64,000 bases of DNA from a virus (taxonomy: Duplodnaviria; Caudoviricetes). The stretch lies in IMG/VR virus record IMGVR_UViG_3300047157_000186, one strand, 5' to 3'. Below the pieces are notes generated by a model. The model saw nothing but the letters and a program-made list of their open reading frames with translations, was not told the origin of the DNA and ran no database searches. Positions within the stretch are counted from its first letter, which is position 1. Each line of letters opens with the position of its first letter. Both the position numbers and the translations under genes were made by a program. Shown here one piece after another: positions 18,391 to 27,659 of this stretch.

Positions 18391-20406
18391 ATGTCATCAT
18401 TTATAAATTTCAATAATAAAAATGACTCTGCAATAAATTTATATTCTGCAGAAGTAATTAAAGAAGCTTTATTGATATCTGAAACTAAAAGTCCTATTAA
18501 AGCTACTAAAATTGTAGAGGATATTAAAGAACCTGTTGTATTAAACGAGGCTTTAAATCTTTTTACAGATAAATTAACAGCGGTTAAATCACTATCTAGT
18601 GCTATAATTACAGTAAATGAAGGTAGAGTTAAGCAATTTGAAATGGATTTCAAAGATATGGTTAATGATATTAAAAAAGGTTATGGTTGGATAGATCCTG
18701 AATATGTTGCCCAAACTTGGGACAATTCTAGTGATTCTATTGACTTCAGTTTAGTAAGAGATGAAATATTTGATAGATTAATTGATGCTGGTTTATTAGC
18801 ACATCCAGATCCTAGTAATCCTGAAAAAGCAGGTAAGAAACTTAAATCAGCCAAAGAATTATATGCATTCGAAAATAATGAAACTAAGTTAGAAGAAGGC
18901 AAATCAATTACTAAAATTCAAAAAGAGTATGGCCAAGTTGTAAAAGACATGGTAACTACTGTTGAAGAATGGAAAGCAGCTGAAGGTGACAGAAAGACTG
19001 AACTATTAGAAAAACTAAGAGCATTAACTGCACAGAAAAAAGATTTACTATCTCAATTAGACGATGCTGTAGGTTTAAAAGATGTTCATGCAGAATTAGC
19101 TGAATCAGTAGTTATTACTGAAGGTTCTAGTAAAGAATTTGAAAAAGCTCTTGCACATTATGCGGAAATTGGTGGACATTCAGACAATGGTCGCGGAGAC
19201 TTAGTTGATGCTTATTGGAAATTGTTAAATAAAAAGCAACGTGATGAATATTTTATGCCATTGGCACATGCGCAATATGCTAAAAATCATAAAGTTGGTT
19301 GGGCAAAAGAAGTTACTGAACATCACAGCGAAAATCCAAATGACAAATATGAAGTAAGACATTGTGATAAACCAGAAACACCATATGGTGTTTGGGAAGG
19401 CGATACATTAGTTAAATGTTTTGAACTTGAAGAAGATGCATTTGCTTTTGCTAAAGAACAAAATAAAGAACAAGGCTTAAGTGAAAATAGAGAATTAATG
19501 GCAATAGATTCTTATTTAAATACAAAAGACGAAGAAGTTTTAATCGATTTCTTAGACGATGCATATGGAAATTCCGATGATAGAAAAACTAGAAAAGAAT
19601 GGGAAGATGCAAGAAAAGATCTTGGTTATAGTGAATTAGTTGATTATGCAGTAGCTCATGCTGAAAACTTTGGTATGGACTTACAAGATATAGAAGATGC
19701 TATAGAAGTTTATGAAGCAAAAACAATCAATGAAAAAGATGATGCTGGAACACACTTAGACAATTTAGCTGATTTAGTAGGAAATGCTAAATCATTTATG
19801 AATGTTGGTAAAGAATTAAAAGCTGGTAATTACAAATATGACTTTAGTACTGGTATGATGCCAATGTATATGATAAAAGCAGACGGTTTTAAATTCGCAA
19901 TACTAAACAAGAAGTATGTTGATGGTGGTGATAGAGAAGTTGGAGATATTGCAATTGGTTTAATGGAATCAGTGAATGAAAGAAGTTATGGTCAGAATTC
20001 AGATGATGCTTTAATACTTATTCAACAAGCACTTAAAGGAATGAAAAACATGAAGGCTGAAATCAAAGGCGATACTGTAATTATTTCTAATAAAGCTAAA
20101 GATGAATTTACATACTCATTAAATGACGGCGGTGATGTTCAAGAATTTATTGACGAATTAGAAGAATCAGTAGTTGAAGTAACATTAGATTCACTAGTTG
20201 AAAAATTTGCATTAGACACTGAAGTAAATGAAGATATTAGAGGTGATGTAAAAAAATTCATTAGAGATAATAAAGAAGTATTAAATGATTTAGCAGATCA
20301 AGATTTATGGGATGAAATGTATCAAAAACTATATGATGAGTTTGGTGTAGATGCAGATTCTATTAAAGCTAAAGATCTATTAAAGACTTTTCAATTCGTA
20401 TTTTAA
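18391..20406 (+). CDS. Putative multi-module internal head polyprotein
   Basis: Acidic, with short modules separated by recurrent [ILV]xE sites; GAATATATA upstream (18359). Confidence 0.6.
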   Translation: MSSFINFNNKNDSAINLYSAEVIKEALLISETKSPIKATKIVEDIKEPVVLNEALNLFTDKLTAVKSLSSAIITVNEGRVKQFEMDFKDMVNDIKKGYGWIDPEYVAQTWDNSSDSIDFSLVRDEIFDRLIDAGLLAHPDPSNPEKAGKKLKSAKELYAFENNETKLEEGKSITKIQKEYGQVVKDMVTTVEEWKAAEGDRKTELLEKLRALTAQKKDLLSQLDDAVGLKDVHAELAESVVITEGSSKEFEKALAHYAEIGGHSDNGRGDLVDAYWKLLNKKQRDEYFMPLAHAQYAKNHKVGWAKEVTEHHSENPNDKYEVRHCDKPETPYGVWEGDTLVKCFELEEDAFAFAKEQNKEQGLSENRELMAIDSYLNTKDEEVLIDFLDDAYGNSDDRKTRKEWEDARKDLGYSELVDYAVAHAENFGMDLQDIEDAIEVYEAKTINEKDDAGTHLDNLADLVGNAKSFMNVGKELKAGNYKYDFSTGMMPMYMIKADGFKFAILNKKYVDGGDREVGDIAIGLMESVNERSYGQNSDDALILIQQALKGMKNMKAEIKGDTVIISNKAKDEFTYSLNDGGDVQEFIDELEESVVEVTLDSLVEKFALDTEVNEDIRGDVKKFIRDNKEVLNDLADQDLWDEMYQKLYDEFGVDADSIKAKDLLKTFQFVF

Positions 20407-20407
20407 A

Positions 20408-20484
20408 TTGTTCGTAACTTTTTAAAAATAAAAAGCCAAATATTTTTTTATTTGGCTTTTTTTTGGTATATTAGTAGTATAATT
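20408..20484 (+). promoter_or_regulatory. Composite early promoter, copy 1
   Basis: TTGTTCGTAAC at 20408-20418; TATATTAGTAGTATA at 20467-20481. Confidence 0.75.
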
Positions 20485-20499
20485 AAAAAACAAATAGAG

Positions 20500-20874
20500 A
20501 TGGACACAATTTTAACATTCGTACTAAGAAATTCACTAGGTGATTGTACAAACAATGGTTTAACTTCTAGAGAAGATAGCATTATTCTTCACTATGGACA
20601 AAATTTACAAACTGACTTAATTCCAGATGATGAGTTGATACTCGTTGAAAGAACAATATTTGGAAAACAATCTAATTACGCAGTTCCTGCAGGATTATTT
20701 AAAAGTGGAAGACACTCTATGGCTGGTGGTAATTTTATCTACACATCAGATTCAAGATTCCCATCAGATGCTCCTATTTCAGTTCATGATAGAGTTGAAA
20801 CTAGTAAATGGGAAAAACAAGAAGAGAAAGAATTTAATGATAGTTTAAATATACAGAGTTTTAGTTTATCTTAA
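20500..20874 (+). CDS. Hypothetical early protein
   Basis: Start moved to MDTILTF because the track start lies inside the promoter; MAGGNFIYTSDSRF...VHDRVE motif. Confidence 0.7.
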   Translation: MDTILTFVLRNSLGDCTNNGLTSREDSIILHYGQNLQTDLIPDDELILVERTIFGKQSNYAVPAGLFKSGRHSMAGGNFIYTSDSRFPSDAPISVHDRVETSKWEKQEEKEFNDSLNIQSFSLS

Positions 20875-20883
20875 AAAAACATT

Positions 20884-21384
20884 ATGCGTAGTAATTTAAG
20901 AAATGCAGTGTTAATTACATTTTTACCTTTTATGATATCGCCTAGTTATAGAGCAGATCATTCTAGAAAAATTATTGAACATGTAGAGAGAATTGAACCT
21001 AAGCCTATAGAAGAAATAGTAATTGAGCCAAAAATTGATAAATTAATTATGGCATTAATTCAAGTAGAATCAATGGGCAATGATTCTGCAATAGGTGATA
21101 CACATCTAAAAGAGCCTTCAATTGGAGTTTTACAACTTAGACCCATTATGGTAAGAGAAGTTAATAGAATTCTAAAAAAACAGAAAATCAAAAAGAAGTT
21201 TAAATTAAAGGACAGATTTAGTAAAGATAAATCTATAGAAATGTTTTTGATTTGGAAAAACTATCATCATCCAGAAGGAGGTTTTGAAACTATTGCAAGA
21301 AACTGGAATGGTGGACCAAGAGGATATAAAAATCCAAGAACAGAACACTATTGGGCTAAAGTACAATTAGAGTTAAATAAATAG
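20884..21384 (+). CDS. Lysozyme-like/lytic transglycosylase with an N-terminal anchor
   Basis: IQVES, GVLQL, ARNWNGGPRGY...YW.KV. Confidence 0.75.
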   Translation: MRSNLRNAVLITFLPFMISPSYRADHSRKIIEHVERIEPKPIEEIVIEPKIDKLIMALIQVESMGNDSAIGDTHLKEPSIGVLQLRPIMVREVNRILKKQKIKKKFKLKDRFSKDKSIEMFLIWKNYHHPEGGFETIARNWNGGPRGYKNPRTEHYWAKVQLELNK

Positions 21385-21415
21385 GATATATAGATTATAA
21401 AAAATATATTTTATT

Positions 21416-21718
21416 ATGAAACACACAAAAATGTTTGAAGACTTTATAAACGAATGTGAATGCGGAGGTAATTGCTCATGTGAATCTTCTAAAAAACAAC
21501 CTATTGTAGAAGCGAACGCTGATGGTACTATTTCAGATGACGAAGATGAGAGAAGAGAAGAACTAGAAATGGAAGTATATAATGAAGCAAAATCATTTGC
21601 AGAATCTGTAAAAGAAAGAGCTTATGAAATAGGTGGAAGCTTTAGAGGACCAGGTATTCAATCTGACGTAACTAAGCAAATCAAAAAAGCGTTTAAGGAT
21701 GCTAAATTTAAATTATAA
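21416..21718 (+). CDS. CTS-motif protein
   Basis: MKHTKMFEDFINE; GATATATAGATTATAA upstream at 21385. Confidence 0.75.
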   Translation: MKHTKMFEDFINECECGGNCSCESSKKQPIVEANADGTISDDEDERREELEMEVYNEAKSFAESVKERAYEIGGSFRGPGIQSDVTKQIKKAFKDAKFKL

Positions 21719-21723
21719 TTATT

Positions 21724-22074
21724 ATGAAACACGTAAAACTATTCGAAGATTTTACTAATGAAACTTCTCATTTAACTAAAAAAAGCAGAGCTGGTCTTTC
21801 TAAAAAAGAAACTTTAAAGGTTGCACAGAAATTTGCAGATGCTCTTACAAAATTAGACGGTAAAGAATACACTGTTAGTGATGATTATGAAGAGGACTCA
21901 TTCGACCTAGATATTGACGGAGACGAATATGCAGGTGGTTCATATAACATTAATTCTGATGGTACTGTAGTTAATATGGCAGTTTGGAATAGTTCTAATG
22001 AATCTCCAGTATATGGTGATAAAGATGATGATGTTAAAACCATTATTAAAAAAATAAAAAAATTAAACTTTTAA
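21724..22074 (+). CDS. CTS-motif protein
   Basis: MKHVKLFEDFTNE. Confidence 0.75.
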   Translation: MKHVKLFEDFTNETSHLTKKSRAGLSKKETLKVAQKFADALTKLDGKEYTVSDDYEEDSFDLDIDGDEYAGGSYNINSDGTVVNMAVWNSSNESPVYGDKDDDVKTIIKKIKKLNF

Positions 22075-22076
22075 TT

Positions 22077-22385
22077 ATGAAAAAAGTAAAATTGTTTGAA
22101 GAGTACGTGAGCGAGTCAAGAGGTGATTTTCAAATATATCACAGAACATACTCTTCAACTATAGACGAAATTGAAAGATACGCAGCAGTAAAGGGTTATC
22201 ATCTTGATAGTGAGGAATATGGTAATGCATATGTTGATGCATTCTTTAAACCAAAAGAAGGTGCAACTAAAAAAGATACATTAAGTTTATATAAAAACGA
22301 CAAAGAACAAAAGAAAGCTTTACATGTTCAAATATACGGTAGAAGTGGAACAGCTGGATATGAATTAAATATGTACATTAATTAA
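22077..22385 (+). CDS. CTS-motif protein
   Basis: MKKVKLFEEYVSE. Confidence 0.75.
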   Translation: MKKVKLFEEYVSESRGDFQIYHRTYSSTIDEIERYAAVKGYHLDSEEYGNAYVDAFFKPKEGATKKDTLSLYKNDKEQKKALHVQIYGRSGTAGYELNMYIN

Positions 22386-22396
22386 ATTATAATAAC

Positions 22397-23425
22397 ATGG
22401 CAAAAGTATACACAGTATGGGGATCTAACCCAGAAAAAGGTAACCGTTTTGATAAAGCTGAAGAATGGATAGCAGCTTTATTTGAATCTGAAGAAGAAGC
22501 AAACGACTTTAAAGAAGCTGAAAGCAAAAATTACAAATTTATAGAACAGACTATTTATGATACTAATAAGGGTATACGTGTAGCTAGTGGTTTTCATAGT
22601 GCTAGAATTTTTTGTGAAGATATGACTAAAAACAAGGCTAAAAAAGAATTACTAAATTTAAACACTAGGTGTTCAGCATACTTTAATAATCCTATAGAAG
22701 CCGGAAGTTACGTTAAATTCGATAAAAATGGATTTGTTGATGGTAAAGGATATGATTTTTATTCCAATGAGGATAATAAAATCCAAGAATCTAAAAGGAC
22801 ATTAAAATCCTTTGTAGAGGTAAAGTTATTTGAAGAGTTTATAAACGAAGCAAGACAAGCACCTGCTAAGAAACTATTTAAAATGATAGTTAATGGTAGT
22901 ACTTCTGAAATTGAAGGAGTTAAAATATCTAAAGATATGGCTCAAGCGGCATTAGATTGGTTTGATAGATCTACTTACGCTAGAAAATATGAAAAGCAAG
23001 TTAAGACTGCTGGTATGGGCGCTGTAGCTCCACTAATCTTTGGAGATAATTGGGGTATTAAGAAAACTATTTCCTCTAAACTTAAAACTGAATTTAAAGA
23101 ATTACAAACACAGTATAAAAGAGCGGTAACTGAAAGTGTTAATGAATCAGCAACTGATTTATTAGCCGATGAAATTGATGATGCAAAAGTATATGATGCT
23201 TTTTCAGACGGTCAATCAGTAAATGCTAGATCAACTGCTAAAACATGGGACGATGGAGTTCCTGTATTAAAGTATATTGCTAGAGCTTCTAAAAAAAGTG
23301 TTAAATTACCCAAAGAATTTAAAGTAGTAGATGATACTAAATATGGATGGTGGTATTTTTTTAGTGCAGGAAAATGGCATGGCATCCAACAAAAAGATTA
23401 TGGAACACCTCCATTTGAATACTAA
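22397..23425 (+). CDS. Multi-module protein with an internal CTS-like motif
   Basis: Internal VKLFEEFINE and VTESVNES. Confidence 0.7.
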   Translation: MAKVYTVWGSNPEKGNRFDKAEEWIAALFESEEEANDFKEAESKNYKFIEQTIYDTNKGIRVASGFHSARIFCEDMTKNKAKKELLNLNTRCSAYFNNPIEAGSYVKFDKNGFVDGKGYDFYSNEDNKIQESKRTLKSFVEVKLFEEFINEARQAPAKKLFKMIVNGSTSEIEGVKISKDMAQAALDWFDRSTYARKYEKQVKTAGMGAVAPLIFGDNWGIKKTISSKLKTEFKELQTQYKRAVTESVNESATDLLADEIDDAKVYDAFSDGQSVNARSTAKTWDDGVPVLKYIARASKKSVKLPKEFKVVDDTKYGWWYFFSAGKWHGIQQKDYGTPPFEY

Positions 23426-23466
23426 TAATAGTAAATCGTATTTTAAAATAATGGAAGGAGACAGTA

Positions 23467-23703
23467 GTGGACATATCGAAAAACTTAACAAGCCGCCTAG
23501 CGAATTGGAGCATGATGATAGCTCTATTTTTCAACCCTCTTGGGTTCGACGTAATCCAATATTGGCTAACGACAATCACTGGAAGTCTTTGGTACGCCAA
23601 TTTAGTTATGTATGTTATGGCGGGATTATTCTTTGGATTGGCTATCTTATTTCGGTGGCGGTCTCGTAAAAAGATTGAAACTTCTAATACTTCAGACGTA
23701 TAA
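23467..23703 (+). CDS. Small two-TM membrane protein
   Basis: Hydrophobic hairpin with a basic C-terminal tail. Confidence 0.55.
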   Translation: MDISKNLTSRLANWSMMIALFFNPLGFDVIQYWLTTITGSLWYANLVMYVMAGLFFGLAILFRWRSRKKIETSNTSDV

Positions 23704-23715
23704 ATAATAAACATC

Positions 23716-24507
23716 ATGTTATTAATTTCTAACAGAGGTAATATTAATGGTCCTAATTCACTTTTAGAAAATACACCAGATTATATAGACTCAACGATAG
23801 ATCAAGGGTATAACGTAAAAATAGATTTATGGTATATTCATGATAAATGTTTTTTAGGACAAGATGGTCCTAAAAATGAAGTTTCATGGGAATGGATTAT
23901 TAAAAATGCAGATTATTTATGGGTAAATTGCATGAATACATCAACATTTTCATTTCTACTAGAAAATGCCAAACCACTAAATTTTTTTTATAATAAATTA
24001 GATTCAATAGCAATGACTTCTCAAGGATTTGCATGGTCTAATAACAATGATTTTTCAAAAGGCACAATAGTCTATAATACAGATGCAATTGAAGGTGTAT
24101 TAGGTGTATGTTCAGATACTGTATCTAAATGGTCAAAACAGATAGCCATATGTTTTTATGGTGAAGCTGGTCTGCCTAACAAGAAAACCATAAAGAATCA
24201 TAAGGATAATATGATAACTCCTCTAACAGAGTTGGGATATCATCTGGAATACTATGGCTCTAAACGATTAAATCACAAAGAGAATGATCTTAAATTTAAT
24301 AAGATATATAATTTTAAAGGATTACGTTCTCATTTAGCTGATAACGAGAAAGAATCTGATGACTTGGATAAAACTCACATTGCTTCAATATATGAAATGA
24401 TAGGTTCTCATCCATATGAAACAGCATTCTTTATACGTTGGGACCAAAAGTTAACAAGCACAGAGATAATTGATCATATAAAAACATACGATAAAAATGA
24501 AAATTAA
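23716..24507 (+). CDS. GDPD/PLC-like domain (degenerate) fused to a short GT-like domain
   Basis: ISNRGN, GYNVKIDLW; C-terminal IAICFYGE; TATAAATA at 23699-23706. Confidence 0.6.
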   Translation: MLLISNRGNINGPNSLLENTPDYIDSTIDQGYNVKIDLWYIHDKCFLGQDGPKNEVSWEWIIKNADYLWVNCMNTSTFSFLLENAKPLNFFYNKLDSIAMTSQGFAWSNNNDFSKGTIVYNTDAIEGVLGVCSDTVSKWSKQIAICFYGEAGLPNKKTIKNHKDNMITPLTELGYHLEYYGSKRLNHKENDLKFNKIYNFKGLRSHLADNEKESDDLDKTHIASIYEMIGSHPYETAFFIRWDQKLTSTEIIDHIKTYDKNEN

Positions 24508-25834
24508 AAAAACATTTAAACAATTTAATTTAGAATCAATCAATGAAGGTCAATTCTCATGGATTACTTATGATACTGATGTACAAATAGGTTCTGAAAG
24601 AGAAAACACTATTGATGTATACATGTTTGATAACGAAGGTAATCAATGGCATGAAAAGAAATATGAAGGTTATGGCGTATTTGGTAACATGGACTATTAT
24701 GAGTTATTAGCCAAAATGAATGGTTATACAGAAGAAGACTTAGAAAATAAAGCAGTACTTAAAGCTATTAGAGCAATGGGTAAAGCAGAAATGAGAGATA
24801 TTGGTATTACTTTAGCTTTCGAACCTAAGAAATTAAAAACTAAAGCAAAAGGTAATAAAGTCCTATTCCCTGCATTAGTTGAAAATCCAAAGTTTCCATG
24901 GAAAAGACATGACTTTACTGAAGAAGCAGAAACTGATCCAAATCAATCATGGTATCAAGAACCTGAGTATGATGATTATGAAGATGATGACGATTACGAA
25001 CAAGGTTGGTATGAATCTAATAATTTATTTCCTACATTTGATGATTATACAAATATCAACGAAAATAAATTTGACGGTATTGCAGATTTAGTAAAATCTT
25101 TACATTTCGAAATCGATCCTAAAACTGCTGAAGAAAAAAAGATTGAAATAGGTTACAGACAAGGAGAAGTTACAAAGCGTAAACAAATCGAAGGTGGTGA
25201 ATATTCTTTAAAAAGATTTAGAAAAGAAGTTAAATATGGTGATGGAACTTATTTAGGTGTATTTATACCTGGTTCTTATGATGCTGCAGTCTCTTCATTA
25301 GGAGATGGACCACATGCAAAAAAGGTTAAGAAAGTAAATTGGAACCAAAGAAAATATGACAAATGGATTTCTGATTTAGCATATGATAATGACGGTGGTG
25401 GACAAGATTCAAGTTATGGTTTTGAAATGGCACAAAATGCTAAATTTGAGCCAGGACTTATTGCTTTTGTTAAAAGAAGTAATAGAGGTGAAGATCCATT
25501 ACAAAGAATTCAATGGGACATTGAAGCTGCAATGGAATCAGTAGTCATTAATGTTAATGAAGCTAAAGTAAGTTTAGAAAAACTAAAAGAATTTGTATCT
25601 AAGCATTTGAGATTCGTAAGTACTTCAGATGAATTTGATGGAACAGAAGGCGGATTATGGGCTTCTGCTGAAGATGCTGATATGTATAAAGGAAGAAGAA
25701 TTTACGATTATTACTCTGAAGATCACAAAAATTACACATTCGGTGTACTCAATTCATGGGAAAAAGAACTAAACAAAAGAGGATATTATAGTGAATATTA
25801 TGACGCAGGTACAGTGATGATCTGGGAAGAATAA
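24497..25834 (+). CDS. Three-module putative head polyprotein
   Basis: MKIKKTFKQF..SINE; internal TFDDYTNINE; NVNE. Confidence 0.65.
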   Translation: MKIKKTFKQFNLESINEGQFSWITYDTDVQIGSERENTIDVYMFDNEGNQWHEKKYEGYGVFGNMDYYELLAKMNGYTEEDLENKAVLKAIRAMGKAEMRDIGITLAFEPKKLKTKAKGNKVLFPALVENPKFPWKRHDFTEEAETDPNQSWYQEPEYDDYEDDDDYEQGWYESNNLFPTFDDYTNINENKFDGIADLVKSLHFEIDPKTAEEKKIEIGYRQGEVTKRKQIEGGEYSLKRFRKEVKYGDGTYLGVFIPGSYDAAVSSLGDGPHAKKVKKVNWNQRKYDKWISDLAYDNDGGGQDSSYGFEMAQNAKFEPGLIAFVKRSNRGEDPLQRIQWDIEAAMESVVINVNEAKVSLEKLKEFVSKHLRFVSTSDEFDGTEGGLWASAEDADMYKGRRIYDYYSEDHKNYTFGVLNSWEKELNKRGYYSEYYDAGTVMIWEE

Positions 25835-25858
25835 TATTTTAGTAAAATTATTTAATCT

Positions 25859-25893
25859 AAAAAGAGGTACTTTTAAAGGTACCTCTTTTTTTT
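25859..25893 (+). terminator. Intrinsic terminator (possibly bidirectional)
   Basis: AAAAAGAGGTAC-8nt-GTACCTCTTTTT followed by TTT. Confidence 0.85.
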
Positions 25894-25927
25894 ATGATAT
25901 ATAGATTATAAATCACAGTTAACTATT

Positions 25928-26668
25928 ATGAAGAAAATAAAATTATTTGAACAATTTATTGATGAAGGTGTTCATGATCAAGGAATTCTTAAGGCATTCT
26001 TTATGGCAGGTGGACCAGGTTCTGGTAAATCATATGTTGCTACAGAACTTTTTAATTTTCCAAAAGGAGTAGTAAGTTCGGTGTCATATGCAACAGGATT
26101 GAAACTAGTCAATAATGATAATGCGTTTGAAGCAGGATTAAAAAAAGCAGGTTATAGCCCTGCTGATTTATCTAAATTAGCCAAAGATCCAGAAGAATGG
26201 GAAAAAGTAATGGTAATCAGAGATAAAGCTAAAGGACTTACTAAAAGAATGCAAAATAATTACTTAGGCGGAAAATTAGGTCAAGTAATTGACGGTACTG
26301 GTAAAAACTTTGATAAAATAAAAGGACATAGAAATTTATATCGTGATATGGGATATGATTGTTATATGGTATTTGTAAATACATCATTAGATATTGCATT
26401 AGAGAGAAACAGAATGAGAGAACGTAAACTTGAAGACAAGATGGTTGAAAAGATGTGGAAAGAGGTTCAAGATAACTTAGGTAAATTTCAAAAATTATTC
26501 GGAGCAGGTAATATGTTAATTGTAGATAATTCTGAATATGGAGGTGATATTTTAGCTCAAATAGAAAAACAAATTGCTAAACAAATTTCTAAACCAATTA
26601 AAAATCCACTAGGAAAACTTTGGATTAAAGGACAATTAGAAAATAAAGATAAAAATAAACCATTCTAA
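25928..26668 (+). CDS. Zeta-toxin-like P-loop kinase with a CTS-like N-terminus
   Basis: MKKIKLFEQFIDE; AGGPGSGKS; VIDGTG; FVNTSLDIALERNRMRER. Confidence 0.8.
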   Translation: MKKIKLFEQFIDEGVHDQGILKAFFMAGGPGSGKSYVATELFNFPKGVVSSVSYATGLKLVNNDNAFEAGLKKAGYSPADLSKLAKDPEEWEKVMVIRDKAKGLTKRMQNNYLGGKLGQVIDGTGKNFDKIKGHRNLYRDMGYDCYMVFVNTSLDIALERNRMRERKLEDKMVEKMWKEVQDNLGKFQKLFGAGNMLIVDNSEYGGDILAQIEKQIAKQISKPIKNPLGKLWIKGQLENKDKNKPF

Positions 26669-26669
26669 T

Positions 26670-27056
26670 ATGGCAAACGATAAATCAAACAGCGAATTAG
26701 TAAGAGAATTATTAGAAGCATTTACAAGTCTTAAGGCTAAAATGGAAGATCCTAATTATGTTCAATTGGAAGCTTCAATCAAACAAGTGATTGATAACCA
26801 AAGCGACATGAAAGAGGATGTATCAGAACTTAAGAAAAGGCTCCTTAATCCATATGACGGTGCAATTGTTGAAATTTCTAAAAATACACAATGGAGAAAA
26901 CAACAAGAAAAAGACGAAAGAGATTACGAAAGATTAGTTGATCAACACAAAGATCTAGTAAAATGGAAGTCTACTTTTACAAAAGTATTTTGGACACTAT
27001 TTACCACAACAGTTGGTGTAATAGCTTATATGATAACAAATTTAACTAGCCAATAA
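26670..27056 (+). CDS. Coiled-coil protein with a C-terminal TM helix
   Basis: Heptads followed by a hydrophobic C-terminus. Confidence 0.7.
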   Translation: MANDKSNSELVRELLEAFTSLKAKMEDPNYVQLEASIKQVIDNQSDMKEDVSELKKRLLNPYDGAIVEISKNTQWRKQQEKDERDYERLVDQHKDLVKWKSTFTKVFWTLFTTTVGVIAYMITNLTSQ

Positions 27057-27610
27057 TGATATTTGACAGAATTTCTTTAGTTAGTGCATATAGAGCACTT
27101 AGATTCGTAAATGATAATGACGGAACAGTTTCTGACATATTATTTAACAGAGATGCTTTTTATGGTACTAAAACTAATTTAAGATATAAAACTTTAGCAG
27201 ATCTTAAGAGACATATAGATGAAGATCTTGCATATTATCATTTTAATCCAGAATGTGATTGTGGAACTAATCAAGAAAGCATTCAAAGATTATTATCTTT
27301 TCAAATTAGAAAAAAAGATTTAAAAACACAGAAAGAAGCTAAATATGCTATATTTGTAAATAATATGCGTAAGATATTTGAATCTGGCCAAAAAGCTGAA
27401 TTAAATCAACTAAGTATTAAAAAAATTCAAGAAGTATTTACAGGAAATAAAAGATTAGAATTTCTTAAAGAAAACTATGAGTGTGAAGCATATATTCAAA
27501 AACAAGGTAATTATGTTAACCCATGTGACTATACAGAGATAGTTTCTAATGATTTTTACACAGAATTAATAACTAAACATTACTATCTAACTCAAAACTA
27601 CGATATTTAA
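27056..27610 (+). CDS. Hypothetical protein
   Basis: Overlapping stop/start junction. Confidence 0.7.
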   Translation: MIFDRISLVSAYRALRFVNDNDGTVSDILFNRDAFYGTKTNLRYKTLADLKRHIDEDLAYYHFNPECDCGTNQESIQRLLSFQIRKKDLKTQKEAKYAIFVNNMRKIFESGQKAELNQLSIKKIQEVFTGNKRLEFLKENYECEAYIQKQGNYVNPCDYTEIVSNDFYTELITKHYYLTQNYDI

Positions 27611-27659
27611 TTCGAGAAGATTAAAAAATTGAATATATAAAAAAAAGAAAAGTGTTAAC

